Positions 47,431-57,191 of a DNA stretch of 64,000 bases are shown in pieces (the first letter of the stretch is position 1; each line of letters begins with the position of its first letter). The stretch covers positions 682,001 through 746,000 of the forward strand of contig BQFW01000012.1 in assembly GCA_020891255.1 (NCBI GenBank), given 5' to 3'. Source of the DNA: Entomortierella parvispora E1425 (taxonomy: Eukaryota; Fungi; Mortierellomycota). Position numbers and translations under genes: made by a program. Under the pieces are notes generated by a model, which was given only the letters and a program-made list of their open reading frames with translations, ran no database searches and was not told the DNA's origin.

Positions 47431-49614
47431 CCTATCTTTTGTCTTCATCCGATCAAAAGGTGGCTGCTCGTCTTGAATCCACCAACGCGTCGTCCTCTGC
47501 TACCATGCAGCATACATTTGTTATTGTTGCTTTCTTTTATATTTCACTTTTTTTTGCTTTCTCGGCTTTTCTTTTTTCTCTTCGTGTGGCTGATTTGCCA
47601 CTGTCCTATGCAATACTCTTGCACCATGGACAAATGGTATCACAATCGTCCAGAGATGTGCTGCTCTCGAATATTGAAGTATTGATGAGTCTCTCTGCTC
47701 CTTCCAAGCCTCCTGTATCCCATTACTCATCTTTGCCGCTGTCTCATTGAAACGCGCCCGGGGGCGATCCAAAATGGCTTGCAAGACCCCAATCTGCGGT
47801 TTTTTGACTTTGTTCATCGTGGTATCCGCTGCGGAGCTTATTCCCTTTTGCTCAATTGACATCTGAGAAGATGATTGAGCTCAATTTGGGCACCACCCTC
47901 ACCCACCTCCTCCGTCTCTCTCCCCCCAGGCCGAAACAAGGGAGTGATTTTCGAGGTTTTTCTTTCTTCTTTTTTTTTTTTCCTTGTCATGAACAATGAG
48001 AGCTCGCACTTTCAAGAAAACCATCTCGAGTGATCAACAAAAGAATTCTTGACCACACAACAGCAACAATAACAACGACAACAACAACAAAAAAAAATAT
48101 CTGTCCGTTCGCCTTCTCCCAGAGAGCTTTTCTGCAATGACTCTTTTTTTCTTTTCTTTTCCCTGTTGCTGTTTGTCGTTGTAAAGATAAACAATGAGGT
48201 AAGGGAAAAAAGAATCGCGCTCGAGGAAAAAAAAAAAGGCCACGGAGGCAGAAGGAAGGTCAACTTGTCCATCTCCCGCAAGGTCCGACTCAACATTCCA
48301 TTGCCAGACACTCTTCCCGTGCATGGCATCTGCTCTGCGCGAGAAAGGTAAAAGTGAAGCGCTCTCTGTGCCCACGAGCATGTTTCTCTTTCCCGCCCAA
48401 AAAGAGAGAGGGAGAGTGGTAAACAATAACAAAAGTCAATCGAATCACCCTCCACTGTCGCGTGTCTTTCGCGAGTGCGACTATTTCTCTCTATCTTGCA
48501 AATGCAATCGATCTTGGAAAGGTTGGACGCGACTGCGAGGACCAAGAGGGCTAGGCACTCTATCTCACAGCTCATCATCTCAGAGGATGTGGCTGAACAG
48601 AAGCGAGGTAAGATGAAATTGGACGTCAGTCAACGTCTGAGCGCGTGTTTCAAAACAAGACAACTTTGCGGATGGGAGACTCCGCGCCCTTTCGGGAATG
48701 CGATTTTCGGATGCATCAGAAACATGGGTCGAACGAACGCGAAAATTACACGACCTCTGCGTGGTATCTGTACATCTCATCTGCTGGCCGATTTGACTTT
48801 TGGATACCGACAAATTGATATTATTAAGAAAGCGTGGATGCCGAATAGCCTGGGGGTTTGGAATGGACATACATGCCTTGCTCAGTGAACAACTGAACAT
48901 AAAGAGAAATGAAATTGCCAGACCTCACGACGCTCTCAATTGCAATATATCATCTTTTTCCTTTCCACCTGCCACTCTCAAACTAGAGGAAGACCACTGA
49001 GAAAGAGAGAGGCAGAGAGCATAAAAGCGAGCTATCCAAAGAGTTGCGAAAATGGAGAAACGGAGTTCGTTTCTTAATATCTTTTGGTGAAAAGGAAAAT
49101 CGCCCTTTTGAAGCTTTGATCGTGTTTTGATGATAAAGATGGCCTCACCAGGTTGCGGGGAATATCTATGCTCCCAGGTCGCTCGCCTTTTTCCCTCATC
49201 TCTTACTTGATTGCTTCTATTGCATGTGCAACTTATGCTCCAAAGTCAAACTCTCTCTCCCCAATGGCTACCTTTGCACAGGAAGGTTGTGAATGGCCAT
49301 GAGACGAGCGCGGTATTATTAAAAGAGAGGTCATTAAGGTTGTCTTTCAGCCACCAGCCTCGATATGTAGTTGGATGAGAGCAATTTTTGAAGAGAACAA
49401 GAGGAAAACAATTCTCCTTTGGACGTCAAAGCCAATCTCACCTATGATGTAACGCGATCGCCCCGAATAGTCCACGCATAGGAGAACGGGGAACAAAGGT
49501 TGCACATCCCCATGAATTTGTTTCTGTGTGCCCGTGTACCCGTGTGAGATCAAGGGATTCAAGGAGGGGCATGCTGCTGACCGACCCATGTGATTTCGAC
49601 AGAGTTTTTATTTT

Positions 49615-50895
49615 CTATGAAGTGGCCTTGTCGCTCCCAGAAGCAGCCGCAGCCTTCTTTCGGGCTAGGTAACGCGCCTTGGCGTCCATGACCTCCCCCT
49701 CCTCGTTCTTGCGCTTCAAAGCCTCGCGGATCGATTCTTGCCTTTGCTTCTCCTCCTCCTCGCGCTTCTTTTCCTGCTCCAACAACTGTCTTTCAATCTG
49801 CTCCGTCATACGGGAACGTTGATCTGGTGCAGAGTCCCTAGAGGACCGACTATCGCCATCACGAGAGGATCGGTACTTTTGATCCTTGTAATCCGCGTAA
49901 GCTCGCTCACGGTCATAGCCACCACTAGATCGAGAGCTATCTCCACCTCGCCTATCACCACGTCGATCGTCATAACGATCTCCTCTCCTGTCTCCTGGTC
50001 TTGAAGATGACGACGGTATTGAGGCAGTGGGCTTTTTGGTAATATTAAGTCCTCCTTTGAGAAGATCACGCTTATCCACAATCTTGCCTTCCTCGTTCAG
50101 AACCACGTTCAATCCACGTTGTCTTGCTTCCTCTGCCAAAATTCGATCATCCTTCTCCTTGGCCTTTAACTCTTGCTCCAGAGCCTCAGCCTCCTCTCTC
50201 GATAACCGTTTCGAAGAGGAATCATCGCTGTCTTCGGGTCTCAGCAGCTTTGTCCGTTGATCCAACATGGTCTTGTAGAACCCTTGCATCAATGACCCGT
50301 CTTTATCCTGACTAAGCATCTCTTCCCTCTTTCGATCTTCCTCTTCTGCAAGACGCATGGCCTCCTTTTGAGCTTTGTAGGCTGGGGTGATGAACTTTTC
50401 CTTGTCCTTGAACTCCTCTCCTTCTTGCTCCCGCTCCCGTTCAATCTTTTTCTCTTCTGCAATCTGACGATCGCGTTTCCGGGTCTCGGCTGCCTGAAGA
50501 AGGGCTGTGACATATTTGGGTTTACGGTCGAGGGCATCCTTTTTGCGAGCGAGCTCTGCCACTCTGTCCTTGGCCTTGAGCTGATCATAAACCCCATCGT
50601 AATCAAAGACGGTTGCGTCTTGCGCCAGGGCTTCGTTCTGTTGCTCGATCACGGCGCTGGTTTGGAGGGTGGCGGTGGCGTATGGGCGAAGTGTCTTGTT
50701 CACGGCGGCTGTTGAGGACGAGGAAGACGGGCGGGAAGACTTGTTGTTGTTATCATTGTCGGAATCGAGATTGTCCTCGTCCGAGCTGTGGTCGCCAAAT
50801 GCATTTCGGCCACCCATGGGCCGACTGGCAGCGGGCTTGGGCTTTGCAGGGCCGGGCTTCTTTTTGAGGACCAGGCCAAATTGTACGCCAGACAT
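49615..50895 (-). CDS. Nuclear speckle splicing regulatory protein 1-like (NSRP1/CCDC55, DUF2040), single exon, 426 aa
   Basis: MSGVQFGLVLKK start, then DATVFDYDGVYD, RKPKYVTALLQAAETRKRD, EREREQEGEEFKDKEKFITPAYK, an RD/RS-rich region and a C-terminal AKARYLARK. Confidence 0.85.
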   Translation of the reverse strand: MSGVQFGLVLKKKPGPAKPKPAASRPMGGRNAFGDHSSDEDNLDSDNDNNNKSSRPSSSSSTAAVNKTLRPYATATLQTSAVIEQQNEALAQDATVFDYDGVYDQLKAKDRVAELARKKDALDRKPKYVTALLQAAETRKRDRQIAEEKKIEREREQEGEEFKDKEKFITPAYKAQKEAMRLAEEEDRKREEMLSQDKDGSLMQGFYKTMLDQRTKLLRPEDSDDSSSKRLSREEAEALEQELKAKEKDDRILAEEARQRGLNVVLNEEGKIVDKRDLLKGGLNITKKPTASIPSSSSRPGDRRGDRYDDRRGDRRGGDSSRSSGGYDRERAYADYKDQKYRSSRDGDSRSSRDSAPDQRSRMTEQIERQLLEQEKKREEEEKQRQESIREALKRKNEEGEVMDAKARYLARKKAAAASGSDKATS

Positions 50896-51258
50896 TATGT
50901 TTGTGGTAAGTGATGTAGAGGAGTTTTATAAGTGATTAGGTCCTGGTAACAGTGAGTAAGAATAAGAAGGGAGGAATGCCTGCGTGAGGAAGAGAACAAG
51001 GAAGGAGAGGAAGAGGGGAGAGAGCACCAGCAGTTAACATGCATGCAAATGCACACATTGCACATGCTGCAATGGGTGGCTTGTGTGTTTTCTCGAGTGA
51101 TCTTCCCCTTCGTTGTCCTTTGCCCGCGAGACGGAGCGCGGTTCTCTTTGTGTCCCTCTATGCCCTCTTTCTCTTTCTCTCTCTTTCCATTCCCACTCCC
51201 ATTCCTACGCCCGAATCCTGCCTTCTCCTTCTCCTTTACTCTCTCCACCTACTCCATA
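50896..51258. promoter_or_regulatory. Probable bidirectional promoter between the NSRP1-like and GlyRS genes
   Basis: Divergent ATGs 363 bp apart. The spacer switches from GA-rich to CT-rich, giving a pyrimidine-rich leader on each gene's own strand as seen for other genes in this window. Confidence 0.5.
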
Positions 51259-53073
51259 ATGTCGGCGATGCGCCATTTGCTGGACCTCTGTAAACGCAGA
51301 GGATTCCTCTTCCAGTCCGCCGAGATTCACGGAGGCCTCCGAGGTGCCTACGACTATGGCCCGCTCGGCGTCGAACTTAAACGCAACCTCTCTCAGGAAT
51401 GGTGGAATGCCATGGTCTATCAGCGGTCCAACGTCGTCGGTATCGACACGGCCATTATCACCCCACCAGCCGTCCTGAAGACCTCGGGCCACGTGGATCA
51501 ATTCACGGATGAGATGGTCGACTCGAGACTTTCCAAGGAACGGTTCCGCCCTGACAAGGCACCGGAGCTCAAGCTCATTGAGCCTACAGCTGTGACAACG
51601 AGCCCTGTTCTTCCTATCACAGCACCCGACAAGATCACTGCCAAGGCATGGGAACACGAGATTAGGACTCAGTTCGCGAAAGGTGCCTTGATCACCCGTA
51701 AAGGCAAGGAGATTCAGTTGCAGGTGGAGCGCATGGAAAAGAACAAGATCATTCTCAAAAAGGACAACAACCACCCCGAGGCAGAGACAAACCTACAGAT
51801 CCCTTACCATGGCTATGTGGACCCCAACTCAAACTCGCCCTTCCTCACGGAATCACGACCTTTCAACCTGATGTTCAAGACCTACCTGGATCCTATCGAC
51901 CCCATTGACCGTGTGATCAGCACAGCTCTGACTTCGGAAAGAGCAGGACAGGACAAAGCAACGACTCGGCAGGAGGTTGACAAGACTCTGTACCCATCCT
52001 TGACCTACCTGCGTCCCGAGACGGCCCAGGGAGTCTTTATCAACTATGCAACCGTCCAAAGATCCCACCCTCATTTGAAGGTGCCTTTTGGAATTGCTCA
52101 GATCGGCAAGTCCTTCCGTAACGAGATTCGACTGGAGCATGCCATCTTTCGGACACCTGAATTCGAGCAGATGGAACTCGAGTACTTTGTCGCGCCCTGG
52201 GAAGCTGGTCGCGAATTTGAGCTCTGGCGTCAATCACGGATGGATTGGTGGCGTTATTATGCTCGCAACCCTGCCAAGGTCCGGGAAAGAGCGCATGCAC
52301 AGGACGAATTGGCGCATTACTCGAGCGGATGTGTGGACGTCGAATACTTGTTCCCTTGGGGCTGGGGTGAGGTCGAGGGCATCGCAAACCGAGGCGACTT
52401 TGATTTGAAAAAGCACTCTGAGGCAACAGGAATCAAATTGCAATACACAGATGCGGCTTTATTGCAGGAACGGCAACAAAGAGAAAAGTCTTCTGGCGTC
52501 AAGGAGGTCTCCAAGGAGGATCAGGACCGCGAGCGATTTATTCCCCATGTGGTGGAATCGTCCTGCGGGTTGAACCGAGCCATGCTGGCGTTCATGTTGG
52601 ATGCGATGGAGGTTGTGGACGATCAAGGACGCGTTGTTGAACTGGAGGGAGGTGAAACTGAGGATTCTAAGGGCAACAGTGCTGGAAAGTCAAAGTCGTC
52701 CTCATCACCTTTGAGGACGATCATGAAGCTCCACCCTCGATTGGCGCCCGTCAAGGTAGCGGTCTTGCCTCTGGTTTCCAACAACGAGGACCTGATGAAG
52801 GTCTGCCAAGGAATCTCTCAGAGCCTGAGACAGGAACTGCAGGTGAACGTGGCCTTGGAAAGTCAGAGCACGACCGTCGGCAAGCGGTACTACCGAATGG
52901 ACGAAATTGGAACGCCCTGGTGTGTCACTGTAGATTACGAGACTTTGCAGGATCAGTCGGTGACGATCCGCGATCGCGATACGGGATCTCAGAGAAGAGT
53001 CCGGATCGACGAAGTTTTGGATATTGTTCAGGATGGTTTGCGGCTACAGCCTAGACGGAAACAATTGCTTTAA
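51259..53073 (+). CDS. glyQS: Glycyl-tRNA synthetase, bacterial-type homodimeric (alpha2, glyQS-like); single exon, 604 aa
   Basis: [17 protein letters not shown]...[13 protein letters not shown]..WW (motif 1), [44 protein letters not shown]...IFRT.[8 protein letters not shown] (motif 2), ELAHYS...[29 protein letters not shown] (motif 3) and the anticodon domain [11 protein letters not shown]...[33 protein letters not shown]. The likely start is ATG 51259. Confidence 0.9.
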   Translation: [604 protein letters not shown]

Positions 53074-53735
53074 ATATAATGTACCATATTCAAATTTGAC
53101 AAGGAACCGAATGCTCCATGTTCTAGAGAGGAAGCGAAGTATCCCGTGTTGAATGACTGGATGTCGTGTCGATATTTTTACCTCATAGTCTGATTGAGTC
53201 TGCAAAAAGAATGGATCCCAAAAAAAAAAAAAAAAAAAAAAAAGTCGACCAAGGATGAGGAGTGTAGGGAGCCCCTCAGACACTCTGCGTCAAAGTCGTT
53301 ATGAAAGGGCATGCAGTGTGGGCCTTTGATTTAGTCAGAATTTTCGGAAAAATATCTGGGGCGGGAACAAGGCGCAGAATCACGACGCATCGCTAGAAGG
53401 GCGGTGTTTTTTTTAACCCCCTTGGAAAGGGGTCCCTCTTCAAGGGTTTTGTTCCAATTGACTCTTTTTTTTTTTCCGTCAATCTGCTGCGGTGGTGCAG
53501 GACACTGTCCGACTTTTTTGAACGTCGCTGAGTAGCAAAAAAGGAGAGAAGGAAAAAATCTTGTGCTGCATGAAGGATCCATGTTCCTGACAAAAAAATG
53601 AAAAAGACAGGATGGAACGGTGTTTGTTATCTGTTCATTTTTCTTTTTATTTTACAAGTTGGGTGGACCACATCAACGTGCTCTGCCCTGAAAATATATG
53701 CAGACTTGAAAATTGCAGGGGGTTTTTTTTCCTCT

Positions 53736-56700
53736 TCATGGGGTTAAACTTGGACCACCAGAGGGCCGTCTGGGATCTGGGGGCACAGAGTACGACCGCG
53801 CTGAGGAAGGAGGAGTGACAGTAGGCATCACGCGTTTGGCTCTCTTGCGCTGGAAAATCCTCACGTTCTCTTCTGGCTGCAACATGGGGTTGAACGGCAT
53901 GGGCATCACGATCGGCTCGCTCACATGTTCAACCCCTTCTGTCAATAGATGCGCTCCGTCTCTGGAACCACCGCCATTGCTGCTGACACCTGACGATGCT
54001 CTGATAGAAGGGGAAGGTGGCGTTGATACTGAAGTTGGCCCTGCCCCAGACCGGTACTCTTCAAACAGCCCACCCTTTTTCCCTTCGACGCCCTTATAAC
54101 CGTTGGAGTCTTGAAGCGAAGAAGACAGTCCAGCGTCTCCAAGCGATGCTCTTCTTTGTATTTCCTGTGCCTTCAAAACATCGACATGCTTCGTACACAT
54201 CTCTTGCACGAGGGTGAATCGCCCCACTTTTGTCCCTGGAGTAAAGGACCGAGGTGTTGCCTTTGTTGGAGCTGAACGGGGGGGTATAGTGGGCGGCAGC
54301 TCAGAAGGAGCCTGTGCCTGATCAGGTAACAATAGTGGTAGTGACGACGCCCTATTATGAACCAGAGGCCCGCCAATCTCATCGTGGGGATGAATATGGT
54401 CCGGGGCCTGGAGCCTCACTTCCCCTGCATCCCTCGTATAGTCATGCCTTGCGGTGTTTTCAGCAGTTGCCACATCAGAGAAGCTAGACCGTTTGCTCTT
54501 CGAGACGGGGGAGCTTGGAAAGGCAGGTGCCAAGGGGGATCGAGGAGGCAAGAGCCTTCTTGATTCGTCCTCTTCCCCTTCATCTTCTTCCACAAGAGGA
54601 GACTCCAGGCCCCCACCCGAGCCCGAAATTTCAATTTGCCTCGAAAGCGGAGAAGGGGAGGGTGAACGCGTTCTGCACGCTGCGGAAGTCCCAGAACGAA
54701 GATGGCCGGATGGTCGATGGTGTCCCCCTGGTGAGTGGCTTTTGCTCCTTGAGTGGTGCTTTAGGGCATGGAGTGCAGCCATAGGGACTTGGTGCTGATG
54801 TGGTGGTGGGCCATGTTGTGGTGGTGGGCCATGTTGTGCTGGTACTGCCAAAGGCTGCAAAAGTGGATTCACTGGCTCCGAGGACTCTAGAGGATTAATT
54901 ATCTCAATGCTCGCATACTGCTGTGAAGATGGCGACTGTAGGTACTTGCTCTCAACGGAAGGTCCTGTAGACGACCGACGGGTTTTAAGGTGATCACTGT
55001 CCAGCTCCATAGCCACCGCTGTAAAGGAAGTAAAAGACCGTGGTCGACCAATGTTACTTGAGATTTGCAGGGTTTCCATGGAAGTCTTTACGCCAGCATC
55101 AACCCTCTTTGTCCTGTCTGCGACATCCCCTCTGGACACTAAACCTAGCAACAACGCGGAAGGAGAACCTGAATTCCTCCGCACATGCGCCCCTGAGGCC
55201 GCAATTTCCGATTCTTCCACTGATTTGGGTCTCTGCATGGTCGATGTCGACAAGGAGCGCAAGGGGGCCGAGGAGGGCGCATCTGAGCTTGTCGAAGTCG
55301 AAGGCTGTCCTTTGACATGCTCCGGGGAGGTAGACACTAGCTGAGCGCCTGTTGCAGGTGGCAGCGTTGTCGACAAACAGGACGAGGACTGGCCGGAGGG
55401 CGTAATCTGAGACTCGCCATCCCGATTTGGCATGGACCAAAACTGTGGGTCCCAGATGTTGGTCTTTGTAAGGCTGGAATCGGTGCTGGCAGTGCCAAAC
55501 GTCAGATTCTTGTCAGAACTGAACGTGTTTCCTGTTGATCCAGACTCGGAGCCAGGTCCCGATAGGCCAGAGCTACTGCCCTGAACCATTTCCTGGGCCG
55601 CCATGTATCCGTTTATGCGAGAATCGATCAATGATTCCTGGTGAGAACTCGTCTCCTCATCTGGGAGTATGGTGATTCCTGCTAGCTTGGCAAACTCTGT
55701 CACAGACAAATCCTCGGAATGCAACATGTACATCGCATTTGCACCCGCAGAGGTGGTTCCACCGACCGGTAAAGACAGGTAATGACTCGGTAATGACCGC
55801 TTTTTCTTCATGTTCTTGAAGCCTAAACCCATCTTTTTGCTTGCGATTTCCCAGCCCTTGGAGAAATGGTTTGAGGGTGAAGGCGCCGCAGTTGAGGTCT
55901 GGTCTTTGCCGCTTGTTGATTCTGAGGATGTTTGTTTAGATGCAGGGACAGAAGAGGCTAGTGAGGTTGAGAGTGAAGAGGCAGATGATGAGGTTGAACT
56001 GGTCGCAGGTGGAGACGTGGCAAGTCCGAGCAGGGCTAGTGAGCGCCAAGGTGACCTAACTCCACTTCCTCCTCCGCCGGCGGATGTCGATGTCAAGGGT
56101 GGAGAGGATACAGCACCGCCAGTGCTGCTGTCCTTGTCTGGTATCGATGTCATTCTGACCGTTTCTTTTCCTGATTCGCCTTTGGTCTTTGCATATTTCC
56201 TCTTTTGATCATCAATCGCTTCATCGCGGGATGCAGCCAAAGGCCGAGAAGAGGCTACAAGGGCGGGCGTTGAAGTGGTCGTAGCTGTAGAAGAGAGCAG
56301 TTTTTTTTCAGACTTCTTTTGTCTGCTTCCCTTCACTGCTCTACCGCCCTCCCCCTCAAAGGCCCGTCGCTCAAACACGACATCCGTCACCTTGGCCGGC
56401 ATTTTTGTCGAACGCGAAGAGGCGATGGTCGCATGGGCCCTAAAATCTGCGATCGTGATGTTATACGCTGAATGGACGGTCGTGTTTGGACTCTTGCTAC
56501 TAGCCTCCCCCGTGGTAGTGGTGGTCATGATGCTATTTCTATTGCTACTGGTCGTCAGACTGTTGCTGTTCGTCGAATGTGGGGGATAAGCTGTCCTGCT
56601 GCTACTGCCTCGTGCCCCCTGCACAGATCTTTTTACAGCTGCATCGTCAGCCGAGGGGAGACTTTGAGGTATCCTTTGCTCCTGAGTCCGATGAAATGCA

Positions 56701-57191
56701 TGATAATGCGATTGAATGAACCCAAAGAACCCCCCACGGCGCAATCGCGCCGCTGGACTATGCTTTGGCGAAAAGAACCCAGGATGGTAGTGTCGACGGT
56801 AATCGTACGGCAAGTGCTGTTGCTGTAGTTGTTGTCGCTGGTTCGACTGCACCGGTGGTTGCGGCTGGTTTTGTTCGGAACCGTGGCGCACACACTGCGT
56901 TGCAGGACGATGGGTTTGCAAAAGCTTTGAAAACCTGAATCGTGGAGACAATGGAGAAGAGGGTGAGGTGGGCGACGGCAACGGCGACATCAAAGGTGAG
57001 GAAGGTGACGGTGGCGCGTAAGGTCCCTGGTCAGAGCCAGCTCTGACAAGACGACCATTGGTGTTCGCACCACCGGCGGTCACCAAAGGTTTGATCTTCT
57101 TTGTGCTGGAGGTGGAGATGGTGCTGTGAAGAGAAGAAGAAGAGACAGGTGGGCTGGAAGAAGAGTGAACAGAGGTGGATGCCATGGCCAT
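53736..57191 (-). CDS. Hypothetical S/P/T-rich, largely disordered protein (about 1150 aa), single open frame
   Basis: Uninterrupted 3.45 kb ORF; the track start 57203 is GTG and the first ATG is at 57191. No family recognised, but it has a few short ordered-looking islands. Confidence 0.7.
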   Translation of the reverse strand: MAMASTSVHSSSSPPVSSSSLHSTISTSSTKKIKPLVTAGGANTNGRLVRAGSDQGPYAPPSPSSPLMSPLPSPTSPSSPLSPRFRFSKLLQTHRPATQCVRHGSEQNQPQPPVQSNQRQQLQQQHLPYDYRRHYHPGFFSPKHSPAARLRRGGFFGFIQSHYHAFHRTQEQRIPQSLPSADDAAVKRSVQGARGSSSRTAYPPHSTNSNSLTTSSNRNSIMTTTTTGEASSKSPNTTVHSAYNITIADFRAHATIASSRSTKMPAKVTDVVFERRAFEGEGGRAVKGSRQKKSEKKLLSSTATTTSTPALVASSRPLAASRDEAIDDQKRKYAKTKGESGKETVRMTSIPDKDSSTGGAVSSPPLTSTSAGGGGSGVRSPWRSLALLGLATSPPATSSTSSSASSLSTSLASSVPASKQTSSESTSGKDQTSTAAPSPSNHFSKGWEIASKKMGLGFKNMKKKRSLPSHYLSLPVGGTTSAGANAMYMLHSEDLSVTEFAKLAGITILPDEETSSHQESLIDSRINGYMAAQEMVQGSSSGLSGPGSESGSTGNTFSSDKNLTFGTASTDSSLTKTNIWDPQFWSMPNRDGESQITPSGQSSSCLSTTLPPATGAQLVSTSPEHVKGQPSTSTSSDAPSSAPLRSLSTSTMQRPKSVEESEIAASGAHVRRNSGSPSALLLGLVSRGDVADRTKRVDAGVKTSMETLQISSNIGRPRSFTSFTAVAMELDSDHLKTRRSSTGPSVESKYLQSPSSQQYASIEIINPLESSEPVNPLLQPLAVPAQHGPPPQHGPPPHQHQVPMAALHALKHHSRSKSHSPGGHHRPSGHLRSGTSAACRTRSPSPSPLSRQIEISGSGGGLESPLVEEDEGEEDESRRLLPPRSPLAPAFPSSPVSKSKRSSFSDVATAENTARHDYTRDAGEVRLQAPDHIHPHDEIGGPLVHNRASSLPLLLPDQAQAPSELPPTIPPRSAPTKATPRSFTPGTKVGRFTLVQEMCTKHVDVLKAQEIQRRASLGDAGLSSSLQDSNGYKGVEGKKGGLFEEYRSGAGPTSVSTPPSPSIRASSGVSSNGGGSRDGAHLLTEGVEHVSEPIVMPMPFNPMLQPEENVRIFQRKRAKRVMPTVTPPSSARSYSVPPDPRRPSGGPSLTP

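Noticed and set aside
46318-47750. Several 150-270 aa ORFs (S/L/F-rich or R/E-rich)
   Set aside because: They are translations of GA/CT microsatellites and have no domain content.
48475-48900. Overlapping 137-aa (+) and 106-aa (-) ORFs in the large spacer
   Set aside because: No recognisable motif or convincing splice context. They are covered only as part of the spacer finding.
50975-50990. AATGCCTGCGTGAGGA, resembling the 3' end of a TPP riboswitch
   Set aside because: The upstream CTGAGA and GAACCTGAT core elements are absent, and neither neighbouring gene is thiamine-related.
51043-53073. Possibility that the GlyRS is a bacterial contig contaminant or chimeric join
   Set aside because: Both flanks are fungal-style (CT-rich leader, poly-A/T tracts, an adjacent eukaryotic splicing-factor gene), no neighbouring bacterial genes or operon are present, and the protein has low-complexity inserts. 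Read-level confirmation is still advisable.
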